In this document: in pieces, positions 1 to 12,552 of the stretch
Position numbering within the stretch: the stretch's first letter is position 1
How the letters are laid out: each line of letters starts with the position of its first letter
Source: Geosiphon pyriformis uo1
Taxonomy: Eukaryota > Fungi > Glomeromycota
Length of the DNA: 64,000 nt
Assembly (NCBI GenBank): GCA_016748015.1
Contig: JAAOMT010000659.1
Coordinates: 186,001-250,000, forward strand
Direction: 5' to 3'
Notes under the pieces: model-generated
Seen by the model: only the letters and a program-made list of their open reading frames with translations
What the model was told of the DNA's origin: nothing
The model's database searches: none
Translations under genes and position numbers: made by a program

Positions 1-2044
1 CCATAGTCGCTCTATAGATCCTGCATTGACACAAATTCCAAATAAACGTATTGCCAAAGGACCTAATTCTCTAGTTGAAGAGGAAGCAAATTCCCAAAAC
101 CCCAATATATTTTCTTCAAATTGTTCATACGTTGTAAGATCAAAGGGATAATTTCGTTTTCTATATTCCTCTAGCTCAAGCAAAATGCAAATTGGCCGGC
201 ATTCAAACCAGGCCTTATAATAATAGGTAATAAATTGAGCAAGATATGTAAAGTTCAAATTTTCAGTATTAGTTCTGAACCATGTATCACGAATATTTGG
301 ATTTAAAAGAAAAGTCAACAATAATAATGGTTGTTCCCATTGCTCTCATCTTCACTCTAATTGTCAGATCATACATTGTGCCAAATCCTGATCTGAATAT
401 TCTTCCCAAATTTTCAAAATCCCACCGAAAGCTTGTAATACTTCGTAAAGACGAGCAGTATCTGATTGTAATTTGTTGAGAGCTCCACAATAAGAAAGAA
501 GCAAAAAATGCAGCCGCGTTATCGATTGCCAGAAATTGTCGTTAAGCAGAATCAATGTTATATTTCGTGGCAGATAAAGTTCATCGAGGTGGGTTGAAGG
601 TTAACTTGATTCTTCATTACCAGTTGTAAGGCCTAGAGGTAATTCATGGGTGGTAGCTAGATTCTTGAAAAATTTAATGTTAAATTAAATCTTCAATTAA
701 ATTAATAAATCTATAATTATATACTTACTCTTGAAGCTTGGCGAGATTTTATTAGACTTTTAAGACAATAACAATAAGAATTCCAACGAGTATCACCTGG
801 ACAAACCAAGGTAATATAATTCGAATATATCCGTTTTTGTAATTCTCGAAGCTTTCCAATAAAATATTAATGAACTGCGTTACTAAAATAACTGACTATT
901 GTTATTGTTTGTTTCGATGCGGTTTTGAATTCGTTAGATTCCTTGAATATATCACCCACGGCAAGATTACATTGATGAGCGAAACATGGAAGGAAAACAA
1001 ATTTTGGATATTGCAATCGTAGCCGGCGTCTGTTCAAAATAGTAATTAGAATATAAATTTTTAAAAAGAAATAATATATTATATTTACCTCGCAGCAGCA
1101 TATGCTGGTGCACTATCAGAAACAATTGCTAATAATTTAGCCCCTATATCTGACGCGTCTTTGATCATACTTTTAATTTTAGGAATAACTTCAATCATTC
1201 ATTCTCGTTCTGAGCTTATATCGATTGCCTCCCAAATTTGAACTTTGCTGGTTGATAAGATAACGAGCCAAAAATGTGTTGTTTTAGATCATTTTTCCAT
1301 CCGTCAAATGCTAAGGTAAACTTCAATGCTGTCTTCTTTTAGTTTTTGTTCACGTGACATAATCAAATTGGCTCTTTCAATATCTAGGATATGATTAGAT
1401 AGAGCACGTCGGCCAGGAAGGATTAGAGTTGGATTTAGAAACTTAAAAAACTCTTTATTTGCTGGATTTGTCATCTATTGGAAAGCCCATCCATTTGATA
1501 TTTTCATGTGAAGCAATATTTGTTCAAATTTTGGTTTCTCTTTTGCCGTAATTTTTCTAACAACAAAATTACTTATCGAATTCGATCGTGTTCTTCTTGA
1601 ACTTTGAGATGATGTAAGCATGGTAGAAGAAACATTGGAGATTACATCGCTTGTGTGAATATCATCGTCTATTAAAAAATTTAATTATTTATGTCTAACA
1701 CAACATACAGAATTACTAACTACTCACCTGATATGCTAGTGTTTCGGCGTTTTTTTGAACTTTGAGAAGTATCTGTTTCATTATCCGTCTTATTACAATA
1801 CGCGTCTACCACTTCTTGAGATTCTAGCTTAGCACAAAAATACGTGGATTTTTTTAGGTGATTTCGGACAGTATTTTTTTTTATTAGTGACCAGGTTTTT
1901 TAGAGCTTCTTCTTGACCGAGAGCTTCATCGCAAGCTTTGCATGTGCCGTAAGTATTGTGTTTATTCGTAGCTTTTACGCCAAGTATAATGATATCGTTC
2001 GTAAACCTATGTTTTCTGGGACCACCAATATGTCGTCGAGCCAT
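1..2044 (-). mobile_element. Degenerate hAT-superfamily transposase (BED-like N-terminus, DUF659/RNase H-like core), intron-containing, runs off left edge
   Basis: Minus strand reads CKAC..., then across frameshifts/stops LAFDGWKN, AIVSDSAPAYAAAR, PCFAHQCNL (CxxH), PGDTRWNS, WEQPLLLLTFLLNP; GT-AG introns near 1670-1727, 1022-1088 and 660-728. No TIR identified. Confidence 0.8.
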
Positions 2045-2645
2045 TTTACATGAGGTGTAATATTATCATTCAGTTGGGTCCAGTGACTATATCTAGGTCT
2101 TTAAATTAGATTCTTAATCAATTGTTGATTACTTAAAAAATCTTTATTATTCGTTGTCAGTTACTATATTTTTATTTCATATCTGCTGTTGAAACTAGAT
2201 TGAAGATATATTCAGCAACGAAAAATATTTTTTTTATACTATTTATTTCCTTCCCTAACCAGGAAACCAATTAAAAAAAAATTTATATTCCTATTTGCTT
2301 AAAGGTTCTTCCTTGGTGGTGAGAGGGAGAAATCATTGCAAATCACCACTCATTGTCTTTTTGCTATTTTCCATATAAATAAATAGGTTTTTCTACATCA
2401 CTTTTCAAATTTTATGCTCCTATAATTAGTTGGGTGATGATTTAAATTCTAATTGAGAATTCCATTTCTGATTTCGATTAGCCTGAAAAAAGTTCCTTGT
2501 TCCCCCACATGCACGACAGAAATCTTGGAATTTTTTAAAACTTTAATTGTTAATAATAACACCTCTCGATCACATATTTGTATAAAAGTCTCTAAAAACT
2601 GCATATTGAAGTATTAATATTTCATAGCTTTTTTATATCTCACCA

Positions 2646-4139
2646 ATGGGACCCCAACAATACTTTCACGCTTTATCCAATGATTTCGGGAATCTCTTTG
2701 ACAGTCAAAAGTTTTCTGATGTTAAAATTATAGTTGGCGAAGCGCCTAATATTAGAACTTTTCAAGCTCATTCACAAATTTTAGCAGCAAGATCACCCTA
2801 TTTTGCTGTAGCACTCTCTAGTAATTGCGTTAAAAGAGAAAACAATACCATTATCTTTGATAAACCTAATATTTCACCCAAAATTTTTGAGATAATTCTC
2901 AGGTAAAGGTTTTCATTTACTTTAAAGCATTTTTGCCAACATAAATTCATATGTTTTATTTTCCTGCACAGATATATTTATAATGGCGAGATTTCTCTTG
3001 ATAAACATGGAGTACCTACCATTTTAGAATTGCTTGTTATCGCTGATGAGCTTATTCCAGAAAACTTTATTGATCCCCTTGAAGAATATTTGATTGAACA
3101 CCATGCAAAAGAGTTAGAAGAAAATTTCGCCACTTTACAAAAAACTTCATTCATGCATGATTCTTTCAAAAATTTACAAAATTTCTGCACCGAAATAGCT
3201 GCTAACAATCCAGCAATAGTCTTCAACTCACAAGATTTTACCTCCCTTAATGAAAATTCACTTTCCTCAATTTTAAACCGGGATGACCTAAATATAGAAG
3301 AATCTGAAATATGGGAAAAGATTGTGGAATGGGGAGTTGCTAAATTGGATAACAATGTTCAAATGAAAAACGTTTTTGACTGGACAGATGAAAACTTTAA
3401 CGCCTTTAAGGAATCCATTGAAAGACTTTTACCTTTAATCCGGTTCTTTAACATATCTTCAGTTGACTTCTATCACAAAGTAAAACCATTTGCGAGAATC
3501 CTACCTGGAACTTTATATGAAGATCTTTTACATCATTATCTCGTACCGGGTAGTCATCAAAAGTCTGTAGATGCTCAACCATTACGATCAAATGTTGATT
3601 CAAAGCTTCTTCAATCGCATAATATAAAACAGCTTGATCATTGGATTCAAGGCAAAGATGAAAATATTCCTTTTGAAAATCAACTTGGAAATGATTTCCA
3701 ATTGTTACTTCGAGGCAGTCGAGACGGATTCACTCCAGCCGATTTTCATCGATTATGTGATGATAAAGGAGCAACAGTAAGCGTAATAAAAGTGAAACGA
3801 ACTGGTCAGGTAATTGGCGGCTATAACCCACAGTCTTGGCACTCTCGGGGAGAACGAATAGATGGAAAAGGAAGTTTTGTTTTTTCCCTTGGAGATGGCA
3901 AAGCTGAAAATGCTAAACTTAGCAAATTTGTTGGCTCACATGGACCTTATTGTGGGCTAAATCACGGACCCCAATTTAGTGTCGATATTCGTGTGTCCGG
4001 CAATGATTTTAAAAATATATCAGGGTGCTATTGTGAAAAGACAACAGATTATGAGCATGCTATAATGCCTGGATCAGAAAAGAGGGAGGTGAATTTCCTT
4101 TCCGAGGAGTATGAAGTTTTTCAAATTATAAAAAGATAA
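2646..4139 (+). CDS. BTB/POZ-BACK-TLDc domain protein (474 aa; exons 2646-2902, 2972-4139)
   Basis: FSDVKIIVG..FQAHSQILAARSPYF (BTB); LNRDDLNIEESEIWEKIVEW (BACK); LLLRGSRDGF..FHRLCD..GGYNP..EYEVFQ (TLDc). GT-AG intron 2903-2971 restores the frame. Family expanded in AM fungi. Confidence 0.93.
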
Positions 4140-5039
4140 ATTTGTTATTATCTAATTTGATTATTCATATTGTGAAGACTATTCTCTAAAAAATTTTCAC
4201 TAGCAGAATATTCTATAGGCTACTATTTTAAACCCCACAATAAATACCATATTATCTATTTTAACATCAAAAAAGCTTTAGAACTTATGAGTTCTTATTA
4301 CAGGCTAAAACCAAAAACGCTCTTTGGCTGAATAGATATAGGAACACAACTTTTGTAATTATAAACAGATCAGCCTTCTATGAAATTAAATACATACTTA
4401 TCTCTTTCTGCTAATTAAAACTATAATTTTAGATGGTGTTTTAGTTTTTTACTGGCAATAAAAAAAATACCCATTTTTTTCAGTTGCATTTGGAAAAAGT
4501 TTTCTTGATTCAAACTTAATAATAAATGTTGATAATTTATAATTGATTAATTAATAGGATGAAATGCTTTTGGAATTTATATTCTTTGATTAAAAATAAA
4601 AAAAATGGTTATAATTAAAAATTCAATTATTTATTATAATATTCTACAAGAAAGTTTAATAATACTTTAATATACTTTTAAGTATATAATTAATTTTTAA
4701 TATATTAATATATGTTATAAAACCAAATTTATATATATAAAAAGGAAAACATAGAAATATAAGTCACTTAATAAGAAAAATTTAAAAAGTATTTACAAAG
4801 TAACACAATTAAATTACAATCTTAAGTAAAAATTTTACATTGACATAATAAAAATTTTATTACTGTTAATTAAGCTTTTTTTAATAAACATAATAAAAGA
4901 TTATTCCTATTATTAATACAATTATTAAAATTATTACTTTTGATTTTAATATTGAAATTTTTTAACAAGTTTTATTTTTTTTATTTTATATTAATGAGTG
5001 AAGTCCATTCAAATGATCTAAACTAGGAGTGAATCATGC

Positions 5040-5310
5040 TTTTTCTACATGTGACTAGCCACTCAGGCCAATCAGAACGACACTAAGCACCTATATGAAT
5101 GGAGACTTCGTCACCAATACCAGAAAAAAACAAACAAGACTTGCGAAACCCGAAACCAACACCAAAAGCCTCAGCAACACCCAACAATCTAACCACACCA
5201 GGGGAAAACAACATAGGAGAACCAGAAACCAAAGCTGGGATAGAACTATCACGTGGGATCAGCCCATTTTTCTCCATGAAAGCCCGGTATTTAGCACGGA
5301 CCAGCCACAA
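5040..5310 (-). mobile_element. Short 5'-truncated LINE 3' end (ORF2 C-terminus plus 3' UTR)
   Basis: WLVRAKYRAFMEK...VRLLGVAEAFGVGFGFRKSCLFFSGIGDEVSIHIGA* aligns with the decayed C-terminus at 34460-34590 (VKLLGIIKTQSIGFGFCKLCSFF). The UTR gattggcctgagtggctagtcacatgtagaaaa resembles 34600-34633. Confidence 0.7.
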
Positions 5311-6934
5311 GTTTTATGCAACAAAAAATTTCCATTACAATTATAAAATTGTAATTTAATAACCAATTTAATTAAAAAAAACACACAGATCAAATATTAT
5401 TTATTATTAAAATTATGATATATATTATATGTTTATTAAATGTTAAAACAAAAATAATTTTTTATATATAAAATAAAAAATGTTTTAATTTAGAAAAATT
5501 ATTATGTATTAATAATTTATTTTGTGTAAAAAAGCAATTATTAATTTTTCTATAATTTTTAAAAGTTTTATTTTTCAAGAATGTTTTTAACTGTAAAAAC
5601 AGCTAAATAAAACATTGTTAATCTAAAAAATTTTTTAAAATTCTCTAAAATGACATATTAGAATTGGTTTTTTTTCTTATTGCTTCAAATAACTAAAAAA
5701 ACCAAGCAACAAAAAAGAAAAAAATTTCTTTTTGGTTGATATTCTTATTAATCTTGTATTATTAACATTAATTATAAAATTTATTTTTATTCTGATTATA
5801 ACTAATAGTTATTTTTTAGGTTTAGATCTTAAAAACAAAAATACATTTGCCAAATCTGTTTTGAAATAATATTTGGTTATATTATTTAATAAAAAATATT
5901 TTAGTTAATTATTACCAGCTTTAAAAGCAAAATAAATTATGTTTTAATTTTTAATTTTACTTAATTATATTATAATGTTATTTAACTTTAAAAGTTGAGT
6001 TAATAATCAAAAATTTTCTCTTTTTCTTTTAAAAACACTGTTAATTTTGGTAACATTTAAAATATAATTATTTAATAATCAAAAATTTTCTAAATAAAAG
6101 TTTCAATTTAATGTTTAGTGCTTTTTTTAAGATAAAAATAGCTTACATAAAGACTGTTTTTAATTGTTACATGGTTTTCTTAATATTTAAAAACAATTTT
6201 AAACTTTTTTGTAAAAAATTTATAATTTAATTTTTTCAAATATTGTTAATAAAATTAAGCTACTTAAGTTTTTTTCTTAAATTAAAAATTTTTTGATTTT
6301 ATTGAAATTAAAATCATAGTATTTATAATAATTCTATAAAATAATTTTACATTACTTAATATCTTAAAAATCTTTTATTGACTTTCATAATTAATAAATA
6401 AATAAATTATCAGATCTTTATAACTTTTAGTATTTTTACTAATTGATCTTATTAAAGACTAGTTGGTTTTAATATCTTATATTTAAAGAATTACATTCTA
6501 ATGCTATTCAGCTATCTATATAAAAAAAATATTATTAACTGTTTATGTTTTTATCTGTCATAAATAGACACCAAAAAATTTTGTCTAATATGGTTTTTGT
6601 TTACTCTCCACCTTAGATAATTGTCCCTTAAAATTTATGAAGTTTCCTAATAATTTAGCTTTTGTTATTTATATTTCAATTTTTCCTGGCTTTTATAAAA
6701 TAAATTTAAACTCCAAAAGATTTTTTTTTATTAAAATCAATTAATATAAACAATTCTTTTATAAGTTCCAAGAAAATATTTCTAAAAAAAGATTCAGAAT
6801 AAATTGATTTAAAATAAGATTTCATTTGCAATTTTATGACTTTCTTGGAAGACTTAGAGCAATAGGCTATATAAAAATATGTAGGTACAAATTTCAAAAT
6901 TGTGAGTCTTATTAACCTAACCTTTAGAAAAGAT

Positions 6935-8430
6935 TTAATCTAAGGAATTGATTTTTGATGACGTGAAAAACTTCAGACTCTTCAAAAAAAATTCTACTTT
7001 TGTATTTTCTGTCCCAGGCATTATAATGTGCTCATAATTTGTTTTCTTTAGACAACTGCATGGAATAGATTGACTATACAAATTTGCTAAGTTTAGAATT
7101 TCCAGCTTTGCCATCTCCAAGGAAAAAAAAACTTCCTTTTCCATCTAATTATTTTTCACTTTGATTACCCTTACTGTTGCTCCTTTATCATCACATAATC
7201 GATGAAAATCGGCTGGACTGAATCCGTCTGGACTGCCTCGAAGTAGCAAATTAAAATTACTTCCAAGTTGATTTTCAAAAGGAGCATTTTCGTCTTTGCC
7301 TTGAATCCAATGATCAAGTTGTTTTATATTATGGGATTGAAGAAGCTTTGAATTAACATTTGATCGTAATGGCTGAGCGTCTACGGACTTTTGATGGCTA
7401 CCCGGTACGAGATAATGATGTAAAAGATTCTCGCAAATAGTTTTACTTTGTAATAGAAGTCAACTGAAGATATGTTAAAGAACCGGATTAAAAGTAAAAG
7501 TCTTTCAATGGATTCCTTAAAGGCGTTAAAGTTTTCATCTTTCCAGTCAAAAACGTTTTTCATTTGAACATTGTTATCCAATTTAGCAACTCCCCATTCC
7601 ACAATCTTTTCCCATATTTCAGATTCTTCTATATTTAGGTCGTCCCGGTTTAAAATTGAGGAAAGTGAATTTTCATTAAGGGAGGTAAAATCTTGTGAGT
7701 TGAAGACTATTGCTGGATTGTTAGCAGCTATTTCGGTGCAGAAATTTTGTAAATTTTTGAAAGAATCATGCATGAATGAAGTTTTTTGTAAAGTGGCGAA
7801 ATTTTCTTCTAACTCTTTTGCATGGTGTTCAATCAAATATTCTTCAAGGGGATCAATAAAGTTTTCTAGAATAAGCTCATCAGCGATAACAAGCAATTCT
7901 AAAATGGTAGGTACTCCATGTTTATCAAGAGAAATCNNNNNNNNNNNNNNNNNNNNTCCCGGTTTAAAATTGAGGAAAGTGAATTTTCATTAAGGGAGGT
8001 AAAATCTTGTGAGTTGAAGACTATTGCTGGATTGTTAGCAGCTATTTCGGTGCAGAAATTTTGTAAATTTTTGAAAGAATCATGCATGAATGAAGTTTTT
8101 TGTAAAGTGGCGAAATTTTCTTCTAACTCTTTTGCATGGTGTTCAATCAAATATTCTTCAAGGGGATCAATAAAGTTTTCTAGAATAAGCTCATCAGCGA
8201 TAACAAGCAATTCTAAAATGGTAGGTACTCCATGTTTATCAAGAGAAATCTCGCCATTATAAATATATCTGTGCAGGAAAATAAAACATATGAATTTATG
8301 TTGGCCAAAATACTTTTGAAGCAAACAAAATCCTTACCTGAGAATTATCCTTTTTAATCTAATTACTAGAAAAGTTCTAATATTGGGCACTTCACCAATT
8401 ACAATTCTAATATCAGAGAAATCTTGATTA
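6935..8430 (-). pseudogene. Inverted pseudogene paralogue of the BTB-BACK-TLDc gene
   Basis: Central part nearly identical to 2930-3500, same intron position; 25-bp frameshifting deletion after ARI and further deletions in exon 1 and TLDc; spans the N gap. Confidence 0.88.
7643..8250. other. 20-N scaffold gap (7937-7956) flanked by a 294-bp direct duplication; probable unmerged contig overlap
   Basis: 7643-7936 is repeated at 7957-8250, with both breakpoints exactly at the gap edges. Confidence 0.85.
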
Positions 8431-8617
8431 ATTATATTGATTTTATGTAGAAATTTTTATTTTTTTTAAAAAAAATTTTTATGATTAGTAAAAATTAATA
8501 CATTGAATTTTTTTTAAGCTATTTAGTAAATTATAATACCAATTAGACAGTTATAATTTGGTAATAATAGTATTTGGGTATATACTGCAAACAGTCCAAT
8601 CAAGGTAGCTTAAAATC

Positions 8618-8651
<34 letters not shown>

Positions 8652-8804
8652 GTCATTATTTATTCTAGTTGGATGGTCACATTTAAAATTTTTTAATAAA
8701 AAATAAATCTCCTTATCTGTATCAAAAAAAAATGGACATACAAATGAATCAATGAATAATTAATCTATAAAATAAATTTCCAAGAAAGCAAAAACTAAAA
8801 AAAA

Positions 8805-9142
8805 TGTGTAAATTTATCTGTTTTAAATTGTTAAATATTTTTACGGATTTCCTTAATGATTTCATTATGTTGTTCATCTTTTATAGAATTATAATCAGCG
8901 ATAATAAAATATTCTTTATTAACTATGCTTTCTACTATGATAGATTTCTTATCCAAATCGAGATGAAAATTCTTTCTAGATATACAATTCCTCAGAATTA
9001 ATTTTATTTCATTATTTTGATAGATGGAAATATTATTATTTAAAAATGTGATCTCGAAATAATTAATTTCTATTTCAAGCTCTGATTGAAATTACTTCCA
9101 TAATAGTAAGGAGGCAAGTAATATTAACAAATGAATTTTCAT
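8805..9142 (-). pseudogene. Relic of a secreted/membrane protein with a probable SbsA-type Ig-like domain (Glomeromycotina family)
   Basis: Signal-like MKIHLLILLASLLLW, then NNNISIYQ and EYFIIADYNSIKDEQHNEIIKEIRKNI*QFKT, with stops and frameshifts. Family assignment is from memory. Confidence 0.4.
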
Positions 9143-9239
9143 ATTCAAAGTCTGTTCAAATTAAAAAATTAATTAAATCTATAAATATTAAATTAAAAAA
9201 TCTTAATAGAAACTGTAATCTTGTTGTTTTTTTTTTAAT

Positions 9240-10140
9240 TATGAAAATGGAAAGGGAATGACGAAAAATGAGAAAAAAGTATTCGAACTCTATTCAAAAG
9301 CAACAGAAGCGGGAAGCTTACTCGAACGAATCGGTCTTAGAATATATTATCAAAATCGATTCGAAATAAGAAAAAGTGGGAAAACCGAGTTCACAAATTA
9401 GTATTGAAACATATTATCGAAATGAATGAAAAAAAGCAGGAACTCTAGAAGAAACATTTGAATTCTATTTAAAAACACCAGAGGCGGGAATCAAAATGTA
9501 CAATACAACCTTGGATGGTGCTATAAAAATGGATAGGGAACCACAAAAAACCTAGAAAGAGCATTTAAACTATCCAAAAGCACCAGAGGCAAATAAATGA
9601 AGTTATTGAAGTGATTTATCATAAAATTGCTTCTTGCAAGTACATCCTTTAATTCTATGGAATAACCAAAGATGAATTTATTATGTTTTACCATTTGTGG
9701 AACACGGAAACCTCAAAGCTTTTCTAAAGTGGAATAAAGATATTTCTATGTGTAACATGTTTCTTCGTATTCTGTTTGAAATAGTTGGTGGCCTAAGATT
9801 TATACATGAATCAAAACTGGTGTGCATCCTGGAAATATCCTTGTTTTGAAAAAAAAAACCCCCCCTTAAAAGTTTTAATTTCTAATCTTGGACTCTGTCG
9901 TCTGGCGGGTTACACTCCACAGTCTGGAAAAATTTAGGGTGTTCTTGATTATCTTGTACCCGAGATTTGCAAGGGGGTTCTCATACTAAGTATAGTGATA
10001 TATACAGCTTTGCTATCATTTCATGTAAAATTATATCAGGAGAAAGATCTTTAAATAACATTGATCCTATTCACGTGCGATTTTGATGTGATTGATGGTA
10101 ATCAAAAAACATACACCTCTCAAAGTATTCAGTTGAAAAT
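9240..10140 (+). pseudogene. Sel1-repeat plus tyrosine-kinase-like protein kinase pseudogene
   Basis: ENGKGMTKNEKKVFELYSKATEAG and QYNLGWCYKNG*GTTKNLERAF (Sel1); FYGITKD, EHGNL, GLRFIHE, HPGNIL, ISNLGLC, YLVPE, SDIYSFAII (kinase); many frameshifts. Confidence 0.8.
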
Positions 10141-11587
10141 TGGCATTTTGATCAGAATTTGTGAAAAAATACTTAATTCCGAAGAGACACAATATTCTGC
10201 CCGAGATACGACAAGATATATAAGTCGATTAAATAAATAAGCACTTTAATAATTATATTGATTATTTTTATTGATATTTAACTTGGAACAGATGGAGAAT
10301 TTAAGGGAGGAATCGTTTCTTTATTTATATTTATATTCATATATGTACTTATTTTGAAATATTATATAATCAATATAATTAGAATGGAAATTTTCAAGAC
10401 ATTTTAATTTTTACAAGGTTAGCCGTTTTCATTTATTGCGTTAAATTTAAAATTTAATATGATACCTATATATAACCAATTAAATATTATATTAATTAAA
10501 ATCTATTATTTAAATATATTTAATAATAATAATATAGTTATAAAAGAGACTAGTTTAAAAAAAATTTCTTGTTAACAAATTAAAAAATTACAAAGATTAA
10601 CAATATTAAAAATTATATAATTTTAATTAAAAATTGCAAATTAAACGTGCAAATAATTCAATTAATATGATGTGTTAAAAATTTTAAAAATAATACATTT
10701 AAAAACTTGAAACCAAAATTTTTAAAATTTCTAATTTTTGGAAATTTGCTTAATTTGAAATCAATCCAATCAAAAAAAAAAATTCCAAATTTTGCAAAAA
10801 TTAAATAAAAAGTTCCAAAAGCTTAAACAACTAATAAATATGTTCAATTTATTATTATTAAAACATTCATCAACAAAAAAAAACTTACAACTAAATCGAT
10901 TCTAAAATAATTTGATTTAAAAAATTATTTATTTTTTTACATTATATTTTTTAGTTTTAATTAAAGTATCATATTATTTAAAATTATAAAAGTTCTATGT
11001 TAATAAACAAAAATATTTAATTACTAAACAAAAAATGTTTTATAATAATTTTGGTCTATAAATTACTAATGTAAATATTTTTTTGGTATTAAATTTTTGT
11101 TAATAACAGATTATTAAGTCATAATTTAACTTTAAAATAAAAAACAATAAGCAAAATAACTATTTACTTGTTAATAAAACTGATTATCAAAGCTTTAACT
11201 TAAAAAAAAACTATTTTGGATTTGAAAATTTTTTTTTTTAGATAAAAATAATTTTTTTTAAATCATAATTAACAGCAAAAAAAGAATTTATGAAAACCAA
11301 TTATATTAAAAATTTAAAATTATTAATTTAAAATAAATAAATTATGATTTATAATATGCAATACTAATTTTTTAACTAAATATTTTTGAAAAAAAAAAAC
11401 AGAATCAATTCAAAAGACATTAGCTACTTATTATTGACTTACTTTATTAAAACATCTAATATTTGTTAAAAAATCTCTTTTTCTCTCCCAAATTTAAAAA
11501 AAAGATTACTCAATATTTTTTAATTGATCTTTTGTTTGAATTAAAATAAACGTTGTTAAGCTCTTAATTTTAACTTTTTAAGAAAAA

Positions 11588-11624
<37 letters not shown>

Positions 11625-12552
11625 ATTAATTATTTTACAAAATAAATTAAAGCAGAAAATTATGTTTTGATCAAATCACTGTTACACAATTGCTAATTTT
11701 ATTTTAAATAATTTATATGCTATTATAAATACTTTAAAAATTTTGTTATTTGGTAAAAAAAAAAATTATTTAGTAAACCATTTTATATTTAAAATTAACA
11801 TAATTTATTTTAATATTTTTTTTTATGTTAATTTATTAATCTATTAATTTTGATTCATATGTTTTAATGTATTTTATTTTTTATTTACTCTGTTTTTTTC
11901 GTTTTTTTTTGGATTATATTATTGTATAAATTGTATTATTGTGAGAAATAATTTTTAGAATTGCATAAAATTATGGTTGAAAATTAAAAAACTGAATTTT
12001 GAAATTGAAACAAAATCTAAATTTTTTTAACGATTCAAAAATTAATTTTAATTTTTCAACTTTAATTTTTACATGAATTTTGAAAGATTACTTAATTTTT
12101 TGATATTTTCTAATTAACTTTATTATCGTTAATTAGTTTTATTATTTGAAAAATTTATTTATTTTTAATCGAAAAATAATTTTTTTGTCTTACTGTAAAT
12201 ACTAAAAAGTAAAAATTTTTATCGAGTTTTGTGACATGCACTAACTACCAAGCACGTTCTTTAACATTTCCTATTTTTTATTTGAATTGTCATTACGAAT
12301 TTAATCAAAACAAAAAACAGATATTCAGTACAAAACTACAATCGGTATTGTATATATACATGATAAAATGAAAATGCGAATATCTATCCCAGAATTAAAT
12401 TAGTCTTTTTTTCAAAGTGGTGGATGGTAAGTAAAATCTGACCCATAGAATACGGGTTTTCCAAAATTGTTTAAAAGATAAAAATTCACAACAACGATCA
12501 TGTTCTAATACAAAGTCATTATCTATGCGGTTATCAAAAGGATCCGTAATAT

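Noticed and set aside
7643-8250. Apparent tandem duplication of the BACK-coding segment
   Set aside because: Duplication boundaries coincide exactly with a 20-N gap; most likely an unmerged contig overlap.
10300-12200. Extremely AT-rich stretches (also 4400-5000, 5400-6900, 21700-22400, 32900-33580)
   Set aside because: No translatable motif or termini recognisable; probably terminally mutated repeats, but unsupported as features.
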